Of a stretch of DNA of 64,000 bases, positions 55,163 through 64,000 are shown piece by piece. The stretch is from Fidelibacterota bacterium (lineage in GTDB: Bacteria > Fidelibacterota > Fidelibacteria > Fidelibacterales > DSDE01). Position 1 is the stretch's first letter. The number at the start of each line of letters is the position of its first letter. The stretch is taken from assembly GCA_046735395.1 (NCBI GenBank), contig JBJKQR010000018.1, positions 31,088 to 95,087 of the forward strand, in the 5' to 3' direction. The notes under the pieces are model-generated. The model made no database searches, was not told the DNA's origin, and worked only from the letters and a program-made list of their open reading frames with translations. A program made the translations under genes and the position numbers.

Positions 55163-56950
55163 ATGAAAAATAGCATTTTCGCTGCCATGGTGGCGGTTCT
55201 GGTTCTGGCCCTGTCCGGGACGGCGGCTGAGGCCATTCATATCCGGGTTAATCAGGTCGGATATCTGCCTGATGAGAGCAAGCAGGCTCTGGCCTTTTCC
55301 ACTTCCGATTTTTCCTCATCCACCTTTGAAATCATTGATGCGGCCAGCGGGAAACGGGTTTACGGCCCCGATGCCGTGGGCAGAATGACCGGAAGCTGGG
55401 GAGATTTCAATTATAATTACATTCTCGACTTTTCCGCCTTCCACAGGCCGGGACAGTACCGCCTGAAAATGAGCGGAAGCGATAGCAGCTCAGCGGAATT
55501 CAGAATCGGAAAGGATGTTTATCAGACATATTTCGAATCGGTCATTACCTACATGCAGGAACAGCGCTGCGGTTACAATCCCTTCTTCGATGAAGTCTGT
55601 CATGCAAAGGACGGCCGGACCATGTACGGCCCCATGCCTGACTCCACGTACATTGATGTGAGCGGCGGCTGGCACGATGCGGGCGACCATCTGCGCTATC
55701 TCATGACCTCGGGAAATTCCGTCTGTCGCCTCCTTTTTGCCTATTCGGAAAATAAGGGAAAGTACGGCGACCGCGTCAATGCCCTGGGACAGCCCGGAGC
55801 CAACGGGATTCCGGATATTCTGGATGAAGCGAAATGGGGTCTGGACTGGATGCTGAAGATGCATCCTCAGCCGGATCAGCTTTTTCATCAGGTGGCCGAT
55901 GACCGGGACCATATCGGGTTCAAGCTGCCCTATCTCGACACGGCCAATTACGAATGGGGCAAAGGGCAGTACCGCACCGCCTATTATGCCTCGGGAAAAC
56001 CTCAGGGCCTGAAGAAGTGGAAAAACACGTCTACCGGAATTGCAAATCTGGCCGGGCGCTATGCGGCGGCCATGGCCATGGCCTGGGACATCTGGAAAAA
56101 CGATCTGAATGACCCGCTCTATGCCGAAATCTGTAAAAAAGCCGGGATTGAAGTGTATGAAATGGGCCTGAAACAGCCCGGATGTCAGGAAGGCACGCCC
56201 TGCCTGTCTCCCTACCGCTACACGGAAATCACCTGGGCCGATGATATGGAATGGGGCGCGGCCGAACTGTTTCGCATTACCGGCGAGAAAAAATATCTCA
56301 AGGATGCGACCCGTTTTGCCGAAAAGGCCGGAACCGAGTCCTGGATGGGTGCCGATACGGCCCGCCATTATGAATATTATCCCTTCATGAACATGGGACA
56401 TTATGCGCTGTTTCGCGTTGCGGGAGAGAAAGTGCAGCAGCAGCTGGCGGACTATTACCGGCAGAATATCGAAGCCGTGAAAAAACGGGCGGATCAGTCT
56501 CCCTATGACATCGGCATTCCTTTCATCTGGTGCTCGAATAATCTGGCTGCGGCTTTCGTCACCGAATGCCTTCTCTATGAAAAGATGACCGGAGACACGC
56601 AGTACCACCAGCTCATGGAGGCACACCGTGACTGGCTGCTGGGACGGAATCCCTGGGGCTGCACGCAGATCGTGGGCATTCCCGCATACGGTGAATATCC
56701 CCATTATCCCCACTCGCCCACAACCCTGTTTACCGATTCTCTCATCGTGGGTGCGCTCAATGACGGGCCTGTCTACGCTACCATTTATCACAGCCTGAAG
56801 GGTGTCAAGCTGCTTCGGCCCGATAAATACGCCGCTTTTCAGTCCGGGCCTGCCGTCTTTCATGATGATATCTGGGATTATTCAACGAATGAACCGACCC
56901 TGGACGGTAGCGCCGAGACCATTTATTTTCTGAGCGTCTTCGCCGAATAA
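55163..56950 (+). CDS. glycoside hydrolase family 9 with N-terminal Ig-like (CelD_N-type) domain, signal peptide, no T9SS tail
   Basis: [14 protein letters not shown] (Ig-like module). [12 protein letters not shown] (catalytic Asp pair). [19 protein letters not shown] (GH9 signature 2 with the catalytic Glu). Confidence 0.85.
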   Translation: MKNSIFAAMVAVLVLALSGTAAEAIHIRVNQVGYLPDESKQALAFSTSDFSSSTFEIIDAASGKRVYGPDAVGRMTGSWGDFNYNYILDFSAFHRPGQYRLKMSGSDSSSAEFRIGKDVYQTYFESVITYMQEQRCGYNPFFDEVCHAKDGRTMYGPMPDSTYIDVSGGWHDAGDHLRYLMTSGNSVCRLLFAYSENKGKYGDRVNALGQPGANGIPDILDEAKWGLDWMLKMHPQPDQLFHQVADDRDHIGFKLPYLDTANYEWGKGQYRTAYYASGKPQGLKKWKNTSTGIANLAGRYAAAMAMAWDIWKNDLNDPLYAEICKKAGIEVYEMGLKQPGCQEGTPCLSPYRYTEITWADDMEWGAAELFRITGEKKYLKDATRFAEKAGTESWMGADTARHYEYYPFMNMGHYALFRVAGEKVQQQLADYYRQNIEAVKKRADQSPYDIGIPFIWCSNNLAAAFVTECLLYEKMTGDTQYHQLMEAHRDWLLGRNPWGCTQIVGIPAYGEYPHYPHSPTTLFTDSLIVGALNDGPVYATIYHSLKGVKLLRPDKYAAFQSGPAVFHDDIWDYSTNEPTLDGSAETIYFLSVFAE

Positions 56951-57167
56951 TTTTATACTCATCCGGCGGATGTATATGCATTCGCCCGGTATGATCATTT
57001 GTCATCGTAACGGGATTGTTTTTAGAGAACAGTCCCGTTTTTGTAATAATTCAGAATCCTTCGTCACGGGGACGGGCCGAGTCCGGAAAGGAGAGCTGCA
57101 AAATCCAATTACTCCTTTCCCGTTGCGGCTGAATTTTGTACCTTCGTGGTTAAATGATCGAGGAAAA

Positions 57168-59999
57168 ATGCTTCACGATAAAATAATTATAAAGGGTGCG
57201 CGGGAGCACAATCTCAAGAATGTTGATCTGGAAATTCCCCGGGACAAACTGGTGGTCATCACCGGATTGAGCGGTTCGGGAAAGAGTTCCCTGGCTTTTG
57301 ACACACTGTATGCGGAAGGGCAGAGGCGCTATGTGGAGAGCCTGTCCAGCTATGCCCGTCAGTTTCTCGGTCTCATGGAAAAACCGGATGTGGACAATAT
57401 TGAAGGGCTGTCGCCGGCCATTTCCATCGAGCAGAAGAGTACGCACCGGAATCCGCGTTCCACCGTCGGGACTGTAACGGAAATTCACGATTATCTGCGC
57501 CTGCTCTATGCGCGCATCGGCGTGCCGCACTGCTATATCTGCGGAACCCGCGTGTCGAAGATGACCGTTCAGCAGATCGTCGATACGGTTCTCACCTTTC
57601 CGGTGGGTGCAAAACTTCAGATCATGGCGCCTCTGGTCACCGAGCGGAAGGGGGAATTCCGGGAACTCTTCGCGGAAATGCGCAAGGAAGGCTTTCTCCG
57701 TCTGCGGGTGGACGGGAAAATTCTGGCGCTGACTACTCAGATCGTCCTCGATAAAAACAAAAAACACAGTATCGATCTCATTGTCGACAGGCTGGTCGTC
57801 AATGACAATATAAAATCACGTCTCACCGAAAGCGTGGAGCTAGCCCTGAAAATGGGGAACGGCAATATACTGGTGGATGAGCAGGGCGTGAAGGAACACA
57901 AATATTCGGAAAATTATGCCTGTCCCAATCATGAGGACATCAATTTTGAGGAATTGTCTCCCCGGCTTTTTTCCTTCAATAATCCCCTGGGCGCCTGCCC
58001 GGCCTGCGGAGGCCTGGGTACGCAGCGGGAGATTTCTCCGGATCTTGTAGTGCCCGACAAACGGAAAAGCCTGCTGCAGGGCGCTATCCTTCCCCTGGGT
58101 GAACAGCCCCGCGGCTCCTATTACAGTTCCTTTCTGAAGAGCCTGTCCAAGGAATATAATTTCAAATTCACCACTCCCTGGAGCAAACTGGATCCGAAGG
58201 TTCAGCACGTTCTGCTCTACGGGACCGGCGAAGGCGAGGATCTGCTGATTCAGTACGAGAGCAGCAAATGGTCCGGAGCTTACCGGGGGCATTACGAAGG
58301 TGTGATCAATAATCTGACCCGCCGCTATCACCAGACCCGCTCCGGAAGTATCCGGGACTGGATCGAACGCTTCATGAGCATTCAGGACTGCCGGGTCTGC
58401 GGCGGCAGCCGTCTGAAACGGTCCGCAAATGCGGTCCTGATTCAGGGCAGGAGCATTACCGATGTGTCCTCCATGAGTATTGAAACCTCTCACGAATTTT
58501 TCCGGACCCTGACCCTGAATGAAACGGATTCACAGATTGCCCGGCAGATTCTGCAGGAAATTCAGGCGCGCCTCGGTTTTTTAAACGATGTGGGCCTGGG
58601 CTATCTCACCCTCAACCGGCACGCCGGGTCGCTGTCCGGCGGCGAAGCTCAGCGGATCCGCCTGGCCACTCAGATCGGTTCACGGCTGATGGGTGTACTC
58701 TATATTCTGGACGAACCGAGTATCGGACTGCATCAGCGTGATAATGACCGGCTGCTCGCCACGCTCAAGCATCTGCGGGACCTGGGAAATTCCGTGATCG
58801 TCATCGAACATGATCAGGAAACAATGGAGGCCGCGGACTGGATTGTGGACGTGGGCCCCGGTGCCGGAATTCACGGCGGCCATGTGGTCTGCTCCGGGCC
58901 TCTCGATGTAGTAAAAAACTGCACGCAGTCCGAAACGGGCCTGTACCTGAGCAAACAGAAGTCCATTCCGGTGCCGAAGAGACGGAATAAGGGCAACGGA
59001 AAAAAACTTGTTCTCTCCGGCGCGACCGGGAATAATTTAAAGAAGGTGACCCTGAACCTGCCTCTGGGCAAACTGGTCTGTGTCACCGGTGTGAGCGGAT
59101 CGGGAAAAAGTTCTCTCGTGAACGAGACCCTGGTGCCGCTGCTGAACCGGAAACTCATGCATGCCACGAAAGATAATCCCCTGCCCTCTGAAAATCTGAC
59201 AGGTGTTGAATTTCTCGACAAAATTATTTCCATCGATCAGTCACCCATCGGAAGGACGCCGCGCAGCAATCCGGCAACCTATACCGGTGTCTTTACCCAT
59301 ATTCGCGAACTCTTTTCCAATGTGCCCGAATCAAAGATCCGCGGATATCAGCCGGGGCGTTTTTCCTTCAATGTGAAGGGCGGGCGCTGTGAGGCCTGCG
59401 AAGGTGACGGAATCCGGAAAATTGAAATGCATTTTCTGCCGGATGTCTACGTGCGCTGCGAGGAATGCAAGGGAATGCGCTATAACCGCGAAACCCTCGA
59501 GATCCGCTACCGTGGCCGTACCATCTCCGATGTGCTGGAAATGACCGTGGAGGAGGCGCTGGACTTCTTCAGCCGGCATCCGGCGGTGAAACGAAAGCTG
59601 CAGACGCTCGTGGATGTGGGACTGGGATATATCAAGCTCGGCCAGCAGGCCACCACACTGTCCGGCGGCGAGGCTCAGCGTATCAAGCTGGCTACCGAAT
59701 TGTCCCGCATCGGGACGGGCCGGACTCTCTACGTGCTGGATGAGCCGACTACCGGTCTTCACTTCGCGGATGTGGCTCTGCTCATCACGGTTCTGACGCG
59801 TCTTGTTGAAAAGGGCAACACCGTGCTGGTCATCGAACATAATCTGGATGTGATCAAGACGGCGGATCATATCATCGATATCGGTTATGAGGGCGGAGAC
59901 AAGGGCGGTGAGATCATTGCTGAAGGCAGCCCCGAGCAGATCGCTGTCGCGTCCCGATCCTATACAGGACAATATCTGAAGACGGTTCTGGCTGAATAA
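57168..59999 (+). CDS. uvrA: excinuclease ABC subunit A
   Basis: Start set to [21 protein letters not shown] (ATG at 57168, RBS GAGGAA). [23 protein letters not shown]. Zn modules CPNH...CPACGG and CEACEGDG...CEEC. Two ABC cassettes. Confidence 0.95.
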   Translation: MLHDKIIIKGAREHNLKNVDLEIPRDKLVVITGLSGSGKSSLAFDTLYAEGQRRYVESLSSYARQFLGLMEKPDVDNIEGLSPAISIEQKSTHRNPRSTVGTVTEIHDYLRLLYARIGVPHCYICGTRVSKMTVQQIVDTVLTFPVGAKLQIMAPLVTERKGEFRELFAEMRKEGFLRLRVDGKILALTTQIVLDKNKKHSIDLIVDRLVVNDNIKSRLTESVELALKMGNGNILVDEQGVKEHKYSENYACPNHEDINFEELSPRLFSFNNPLGACPACGGLGTQREISPDLVVPDKRKSLLQGAILPLGEQPRGSYYSSFLKSLSKEYNFKFTTPWSKLDPKVQHVLLYGTGEGEDLLIQYESSKWSGAYRGHYEGVINNLTRRYHQTRSGSIRDWIERFMSIQDCRVCGGSRLKRSANAVLIQGRSITDVSSMSIETSHEFFRTLTLNETDSQIARQILQEIQARLGFLNDVGLGYLTLNRHAGSLSGGEAQRIRLATQIGSRLMGVLYILDEPSIGLHQRDNDRLLATLKHLRDLGNSVIVIEHDQETMEAADWIVDVGPGAGIHGGHVVCSGPLDVVKNCTQSETGLYLSKQKSIPVPKRRNKGNGKKLVLSGATGNNLKKVTLNLPLGKLVCVTGVSGSGKSSLVNETLVPLLNRKLMHATKDNPLPSENLTGVEFLDKIISIDQSPIGRTPRSNPATYTGVFTHIRELFSNVPESKIRGYQPGRFSFNVKGGRCEACEGDGIRKIEMHFLPDVYVRCEECKGMRYNRETLEIRYRGRTISDVLEMTVEEALDFFSRHPAVKRKLQTLVDVGLGYIKLGQQATTLSGGEAQRIKLATELSRIGTGRTLYVLDEPTTGLHFADVALLITVLTRLVEKGNTVLVIEHNLDVIKTADHIIDIGYEGGDKGGEIIAEGSPEQIAVASRSYTGQYLKTVLAE

Positions 60000-60125
60000 T
60001 TCTTTCTTTGCGAAAATTTCATATTGTATAGCTGTTGACAGGCCTTTGTTCCGCTCGTAAATTCTTTCAGGATTTCCGGTTTCGATCCGGATCACCGAAT
60101 AAAATATAAGTATCAGGGGTGAACA

Positions 60126-60779
60126 ATGAAGCGATTTGCATGGATTTGGGTTTTCTGGGCGGGTTTGCTCGGAGCACAGGATCTTCAGCTGCATTACGAT
60201 TTCGGCACGGATCGGCATTATTTTACGACTACACTGGCGATGTTCAAGCCGGATGAATACGGCGCGACGTTTCTGTTTATTGACATGAATTACGATCAGC
60301 CGCAGGGGCATCGGTCGGCCAGTCAGGCCTATATGGAAATATCACGCTACGTGAATCTGCCGCTGAAAAACTGCCAGGCGACGCTTCAATACAATGACGG
60401 GACCGCCCCCTGGGGGCCCATGGGCCCCATCTGGCTCGCCGGTACGCGGATCCTGTTTCCCGGGCTTCCCTTCAGTTTCAGTGCAGATTTTCTGTACCGC
60501 TTCGATCCCAGGGCCTCCGATGGCCGGGACGGACAGCTCACGCTGGTGTGGAATGCACCCTGTCTGAACCATCATCTGATGCTGAGCGGCTTTATGGATC
60601 TGTGGTCGTCAAAATCATCGGCGGATACCGGTAGAAAAGCGGTGCTCCTCAGCGAACCTCAGTTCTGGTTTCCTCTCGGAAGCCACCTCAACCTGGGTTC
60701 GGAAGTGGAAGTCTCTCATAATCTGATCTCCTCGGACTGGACTATCAATCCCACACTTGCCGTGAAGTGGAATTTTTAA
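60126..60779 (+). CDS. small outer-membrane beta-barrel, DUF5020 / Tsx-like
   Basis: Signal peptide. LQLHYDFGTDRHYFTTTLAMFKPDEYGATFLFIDMNYD resembles the DUF5020 family as I remember it. Ends KWNF. Confidence 0.55.
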   Translation: MKRFAWIWVFWAGLLGAQDLQLHYDFGTDRHYFTTTLAMFKPDEYGATFLFIDMNYDQPQGHRSASQAYMEISRYVNLPLKNCQATLQYNDGTAPWGPMGPIWLAGTRILFPGLPFSFSADFLYRFDPRASDGRDGQLTLVWNAPCLNHHLMLSGFMDLWSSKSSADTGRKAVLLSEPQFWFPLGSHLNLGSEVEVSHNLISSDWTINPTLAVKWNF

Positions 60780-60930
60780 ACAATTTTCGCGATTTATTTA
60801 AAATCTGAATAAATAGAGCCTATGTTGTTGTAATTGCGGAAGTAAGCTGTGATGTGAAACAGGGTTCCCGGACTTCGGCTTTCGCTTTGCTTGAAGATTG
60901 TTCCGGCAATTTGTTTAATTAATCAACAAA

Positions 60931-60947
60931 TGTAGAATTATTCTACA
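60931..60947. promoter_or_regulatory. palindrome TGTAGAAT-T-ATTCTACA in the AT-rich region upstream of the GcvH-like gene
   Basis: 8-bp perfect arms. The adjacent ATTTGTT-N9-AACAAAT (60909..60931) shares one base with it. Confidence 0.3.
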
Positions 60948-61000
60948 AACTATTTATCTTTATAAAAATTAATGATTAACCCGGCGAATTGCCGAAGCGT

Positions 61001-61019
61001 ATGTTGATATATTCAACAT
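61001..61019. promoter_or_regulatory. palindrome ATGTTGA-TATAT-TCAACAT upstream of the GcvH-like gene
   Basis: 7-bp perfect arms, about 125 nt upstream of the ATG at 61145. The half-sites resemble CRP/FNR but the spacing is one nt short. Confidence 0.3.
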
Positions 61020-61144
61020 CTTAATCATGTCATATGAATCTTGATTTCTGTAAAGTGTTGATATTGTGGCAATTAACGGCTGTTGAAAATATTGGCACTG
61101 CCTTTGATAGGGTAGAAAGTGGAAGCAAATGAAAGGAGCATAAA

Positions 61145-61858
61145 ATGGTAGTAGCAGCAATCATCGTTTTCTTCATGGTCTGCATCGGCATCGATGCGAT
61201 GCTCATGATGAGACGCAAGCGGGAAGCGGCAGCCCTTGGCGCCGCTTCTCTTTTTCAGGGTTTTTTCGATGAAAAGACGGTGGTGTTGCCTCGCGGACTG
61301 AAGTACGATGCGGGCCATACCTGGACACATATGGACGAATACGGCCGCATACGCATCGGAATTGACGATTTTCTGCAGCACCTGGTTGGGCCGGTTTCGG
61401 ATATTATCATGAAAAATTCCGGAGAACGGGTTAAAAAGGGCGAAGTCTTTCTGAGTCTCATCCAGAACGGGAAACGGCTTGAACTTCGTTCACCGGTGAC
61501 GGGGAGCATAAAGATTTCCAACGAGACCCTGCACCGGGATGCAACCCAGCTCAATCATTCACCTTACGAAAAAGGGTGGATTTACCTCGTGGAAGCGGAC
61601 GATTATAAACGTGACAGCCGCATTCTGTTTCAGTCCGAATCGGCCGCACGGTGGATCAATGCTGAATTCACACGGGTGAAGGATTTCTTCGCCTCTCTGT
61701 CTGCGGCGACGCTCCCCGGTATGCCGGTGGCCGTCATGCAGGATGGCGGTATCCTGAAGGATCAGGTTCTGAAGGATTTCGGCCCGGAAATCTGGGAAGA
61801 ATTTCAGACCCGCTTCCTGGAGTCTTCCGGTCAGCTTGATACAATTCCTGAAAAATGA
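61145..61858 (+). CDS. membrane-anchored glycine-cleavage-H-like (lipoyl/biotinyl-fold) protein
   Basis: N-terminal TM segment MVVAAIIVFFMVCIGIDAMLMM. LKYDAGHTWTH...RIGIDDF...SPVTGSI...SPYEKGWIYLVE aligns with GcvH landmarks (LKYSKEHEW...VGIT...APVSGEI...EPYAGGWIFKI). RBS AAAGGAG. Confidence 0.6.
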   Translation: MVVAAIIVFFMVCIGIDAMLMMRRKREAAALGAASLFQGFFDEKTVVLPRGLKYDAGHTWTHMDEYGRIRIGIDDFLQHLVGPVSDIIMKNSGERVKKGEVFLSLIQNGKRLELRSPVTGSIKISNETLHRDATQLNHSPYEKGWIYLVEADDYKRDSRILFQSESAARWINAEFTRVKDFFASLSAATLPGMPVAVMQDGGILKDQVLKDFGPEIWEEFQTRFLESSGQLDTIPEK

Positions 61859-61893
61859 ATGTGAAGCAACCACTCAAACGAAGAGGATAAATC

Positions 61894-62754
61894 ATGACAT
61901 TGAACAGACGAAATTTTCTGAAAACCCTGGGTGTGGCCGGGGCCGGCCTGACGCTGGGAAAAAGCAGCCTGAAGGCCCGTCATCAGCCGCAGTCATCGAC
62001 GGAATTCAAGGCGATTCTCTATGATTCCACCCGATGTGTAGGCTGTCAGACCTGCGAATGGTCCTGCAGCGAAGCTCACGGGCTTCCGGATCCGGTGGGG
62101 GAACCGATGGCCGGTGAGGTGAGAAAGACGGATGAGAACCACCGAACCGTCGTGAATTGCTATGATACGAGTCAGGGCGAAGTATATGTCAAGACGCAGT
62201 GCATGCACTGCAATCAGCCGGCCTGTGACGCCGCCTGTCTGACCCAGGCCATGCACAAGACGGAGGAAGGCCCGGTGATCTGGCGGGGAGATAAATGCAT
62301 GGGCTGCCGCTTCTGCATGATTTCCTGTCCCTTTGACATGCCCAAGTTCGAATTTCTCTCAGCCAACCCTAAAATCGAAAAATGCACCATGTGCTACGAA
62401 CGTCTGGCGGAGGGTGAGCTGCCGGCCTGCGTGGAAAACTGTCCCAATGAGGCGCTCCTGTTCGGAACCCGCCGTGAGATGATGGATGAGGCCCGGCGGC
62501 GCATTGTGGAGAATCCCGGCATGTACGTGGATCATATATACGGGGAGCTGGAAGCCGGCGGAACCGGATTTCTCTATCTCAGCCCCGTTCCCTTCGAAGA
62601 AATCGGATTCAGGACGGATATTCAGAATAAAGCCTATCCGGAGCTGACCAAAGGATTCATATCCAGCATTGCTCCTGTGGATATTCTGTTACCGGCCGCA
62701 CTGCTCGGTATCTATGAAGCCAGCAAATCAAAAGATGAGGAGGATAAATTATGA
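61894..62754 (+). CDS. Tat-exported 4x[4Fe-4S] ferredoxin subunit (NrfC/HybA/DsrO/HmcB-like) with C-terminal anchor
   Basis: Twin-arginine signal MTLNRRNFLKTLGVAGAG. Four Cys clusters: CVGCQTCEWSC, CMHCNQPACDAAC, CMGCRFCMISCP, CTMC...CVENCP. Hydrophobic C-terminal stretch APVDILLPAALLGIY. Confidence 0.85.
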   Translation: MTLNRRNFLKTLGVAGAGLTLGKSSLKARHQPQSSTEFKAILYDSTRCVGCQTCEWSCSEAHGLPDPVGEPMAGEVRKTDENHRTVVNCYDTSQGEVYVKTQCMHCNQPACDAACLTQAMHKTEEGPVIWRGDKCMGCRFCMISCPFDMPKFEFLSANPKIEKCTMCYERLAEGELPACVENCPNEALLFGTRREMMDEARRRIVENPGMYVDHIYGELEAGGTGFLYLSPVPFEEIGFRTDIQNKAYPELTKGFISSIAPVDILLPAALLGIYEASKSKDEEDKL

Positions 62755-63983
62755 GCCAGATCAATATGCCGATGGAATCTTCCGGGCCGGATAAAAACAG
62801 CCGCTGGGAATTTTTTCTCAATGAACTGAAACCCAAGGGAAAGGTTCTGACTCCGTTTAACCTCATCACGGTGCCGATCATGATTCTGGGGTTTATCCTC
62901 ATTGTTTACCGCTTCATGTACGGAATCGGAAGCATCACCAATCTGAACCAGGAATTTCCCTGGGGGCTGTGGATCGGTTTTGACGTGGTGACCGGCGTGG
63001 CCTTTGCCGGCGGCGCCTACGTGCTGGTCTTCATGGTTTACATCCTGAACATGAAGAAATATTACCCCATCGCGCGGGCTACGGTTCTAACGGGGTTTCT
63101 CGCCTATGTCTTCTATTCCGGCGCGCTGCTGCTGGATCTGGGGCGGCCCTGGCATGTGGTGAATCCGGTCATCGGGAATAATTTCGGCGTGTCCTCCGTG
63201 CTCTTCCTCGTCGCCTGGCATTTTCTCCTCTATATGCTGGCGCTGTTCATCGAATTTTCACCGGCCATCGCAGAATGGATGAATGCGCCAAGCCTGCGCC
63301 GGTTTCTGTCGCGCCTGACTCTGGGCGCCGTGATTTTCGGAATTACCCTGTCCAGTCTGCATCAGAGCGGCCTGGGTGCCCTATTCCTGATGGCAAGGGA
63401 CAAAATTCATCCTCTCTGGTACAACAGCCTCATTCCGGTACTGTTTGTGGTGACCTCCGTCTTCGGCGGGCTTTCCATGGTGATCTTCGAAGGATCCATC
63501 AGCCACAAGGTTTTCTCGGACCAGCTTGAGGAAGGCAGTCATGAAAAGCATTATGCCATCCTGCACGGCCTGTCCAAGGTTTGTGCCGGGACCATGTTCG
63601 TCTATTTTTTCCTGCAGATCCTCATCCTCATTCACCAGCAGAATCAGGTGTATCTGATGACGCGGATGGGAGCCTGGTATCTGCTGGAAATGATCGGCCT
63701 GACTCTGCTGCCCATGATTCTCTACTTCTACAGCTACCGGACACGCAAAATCACGCTGATCAAGACGGCGGCCATCCTCACCATTCTGGGTATCGCCCTC
63801 AACCGTCTGAATATCAGCATTATCGGGTTTAAATGGGACGCCCCCTTTCACTATTATCCCTCCTGGCAGGAAATCGTTGTCACTCTGGCTGTGATTTCAG
63901 CCGAGATCTGGGTCTTCCGCTGGATCGTTCTCCGCATGCCCGTGCTCCGCAAGGCCCCGGACTGGGTGGAGGAACATCATTGA
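62751..63983 (+). CDS. NrfD/PsrC/DsrP/HmcC-like polytopic quinone-interacting membrane subunit
   Basis: 410 aa, about 10 TM helices. 4-nt ATGA overlap with the Fe-S subunit gene. RBS GAGGAGG. Confidence 0.85.
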   Translation: MSQINMPMESSGPDKNSRWEFFLNELKPKGKVLTPFNLITVPIMILGFILIVYRFMYGIGSITNLNQEFPWGLWIGFDVVTGVAFAGGAYVLVFMVYILNMKKYYPIARATVLTGFLAYVFYSGALLLDLGRPWHVVNPVIGNNFGVSSVLFLVAWHFLLYMLALFIEFSPAIAEWMNAPSLRRFLSRLTLGAVIFGITLSSLHQSGLGALFLMARDKIHPLWYNSLIPVLFVVTSVFGGLSMVIFEGSISHKVFSDQLEEGSHEKHYAILHGLSKVCAGTMFVYFFLQILILIHQQNQVYLMTRMGAWYLLEMIGLTLLPMILYFYSYRTRKITLIKTAAILTILGIALNRLNISIIGFKWDAPFHYYPSWQEIVVTLAVISAEIWVFRWIVLRMPVLRKAPDWVEEHH

Positions 63984-64000
63984 TGATATGCTTGTCCGAA

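Noticed and set aside
61001-61019. Interpreting ATGTTGA-TATAT-TCAACAT as an FNR/CRP box
   Set aside because: The core is TTGA-N5-TCAA, whereas FNR/CRP-type sites are TTGA-N6-TCAA. I kept it only as an unassigned palindrome.
1-64000. Search by eye for tRNA, rRNA, tmRNA, RNase P RNA, riboswitches, IS elements or integrases, toxin-antitoxin pairs and defence systems
   Set aside because: The intergenic space is small apart from the two repeat islands. I saw no cloverleaf-like GTTCGAATC-type T-arm contexts and no transposase, integrase or defence-type ORFs. A covariance-model scan (tRNAscan or Infernal) would be needed to exclude small RNAs formally.

Overview
This is a densely coding 64-kb chromosomal window with about 50 credible genes. 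By eye I found no rRNA, tRNA, CRISPR array, transposase or prophage genes.

The gene content suggests a member of the Fibrobacteres-Chlorobi-Bacteroidetes (FCB) group: a type-IX-secretion C-terminal sorting domain, a PorV-like barrel, a SusC-sized TonB receptor, a DUF5020/Tsx-like barrel and a short MenE. Taxonomy cannot be fixed from this window alone.

Layout, left to right:
- An EPS tyrosine-kinase co-polymerase, a flippase-like membrane protein and a tightly coupled Zn-ribbon / double-PTPS / FolE pterin operon.
- An M19 dipeptidase.
- A 1189-aa PAS/GAF hybrid histidine kinase.
- A 0.9-kb non-coding repeat mosaic.
- glyQS and topA.
- A nine-gene ilvD-ilvB-ilvN-ilvC-leuB-leuA-leuC-leuD-cimA supraoperon.
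- A CxxCH (haem-c type) hybrid kinase.
- Small secreted proteins, then two haemerythrins flanking menE-menB-parvulin.
- accC-BCCP-DjlA-like-PfkB kinase-pgi.
- A second repeat mosaic built from the same sequence modules as the first.
- sufBCD.
- A divergent sugar locus: ROK kinase-MFS-SIS on one side, LacI-TonB receptor-T9SS cargo-PorV-like barrel-GH9 on the other.
- uvrA.
- A Tsx/DUF5020-like barrel.
- A membrane-anchored GcvH-like protein followed by a Tat-exported 4x[4Fe-4S] protein and an NrfD-type membrane subunit, with the window ending just after.

Best candidates for new biology:
1. The SusD-less receptor / T9SS-cargo / PorV-paralog / GH9 cassette.
2. The modular repeat islands, including a 176-nt dispersed element whose hairpin carries a compensatory base-pair change.
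3. The GcvH-like + NrfCD module.
4. The PTPS pair, one copy of which lacks the catalytic Cys.

All functional calls come from motif recognition in the supplied translations. No database search was possible.
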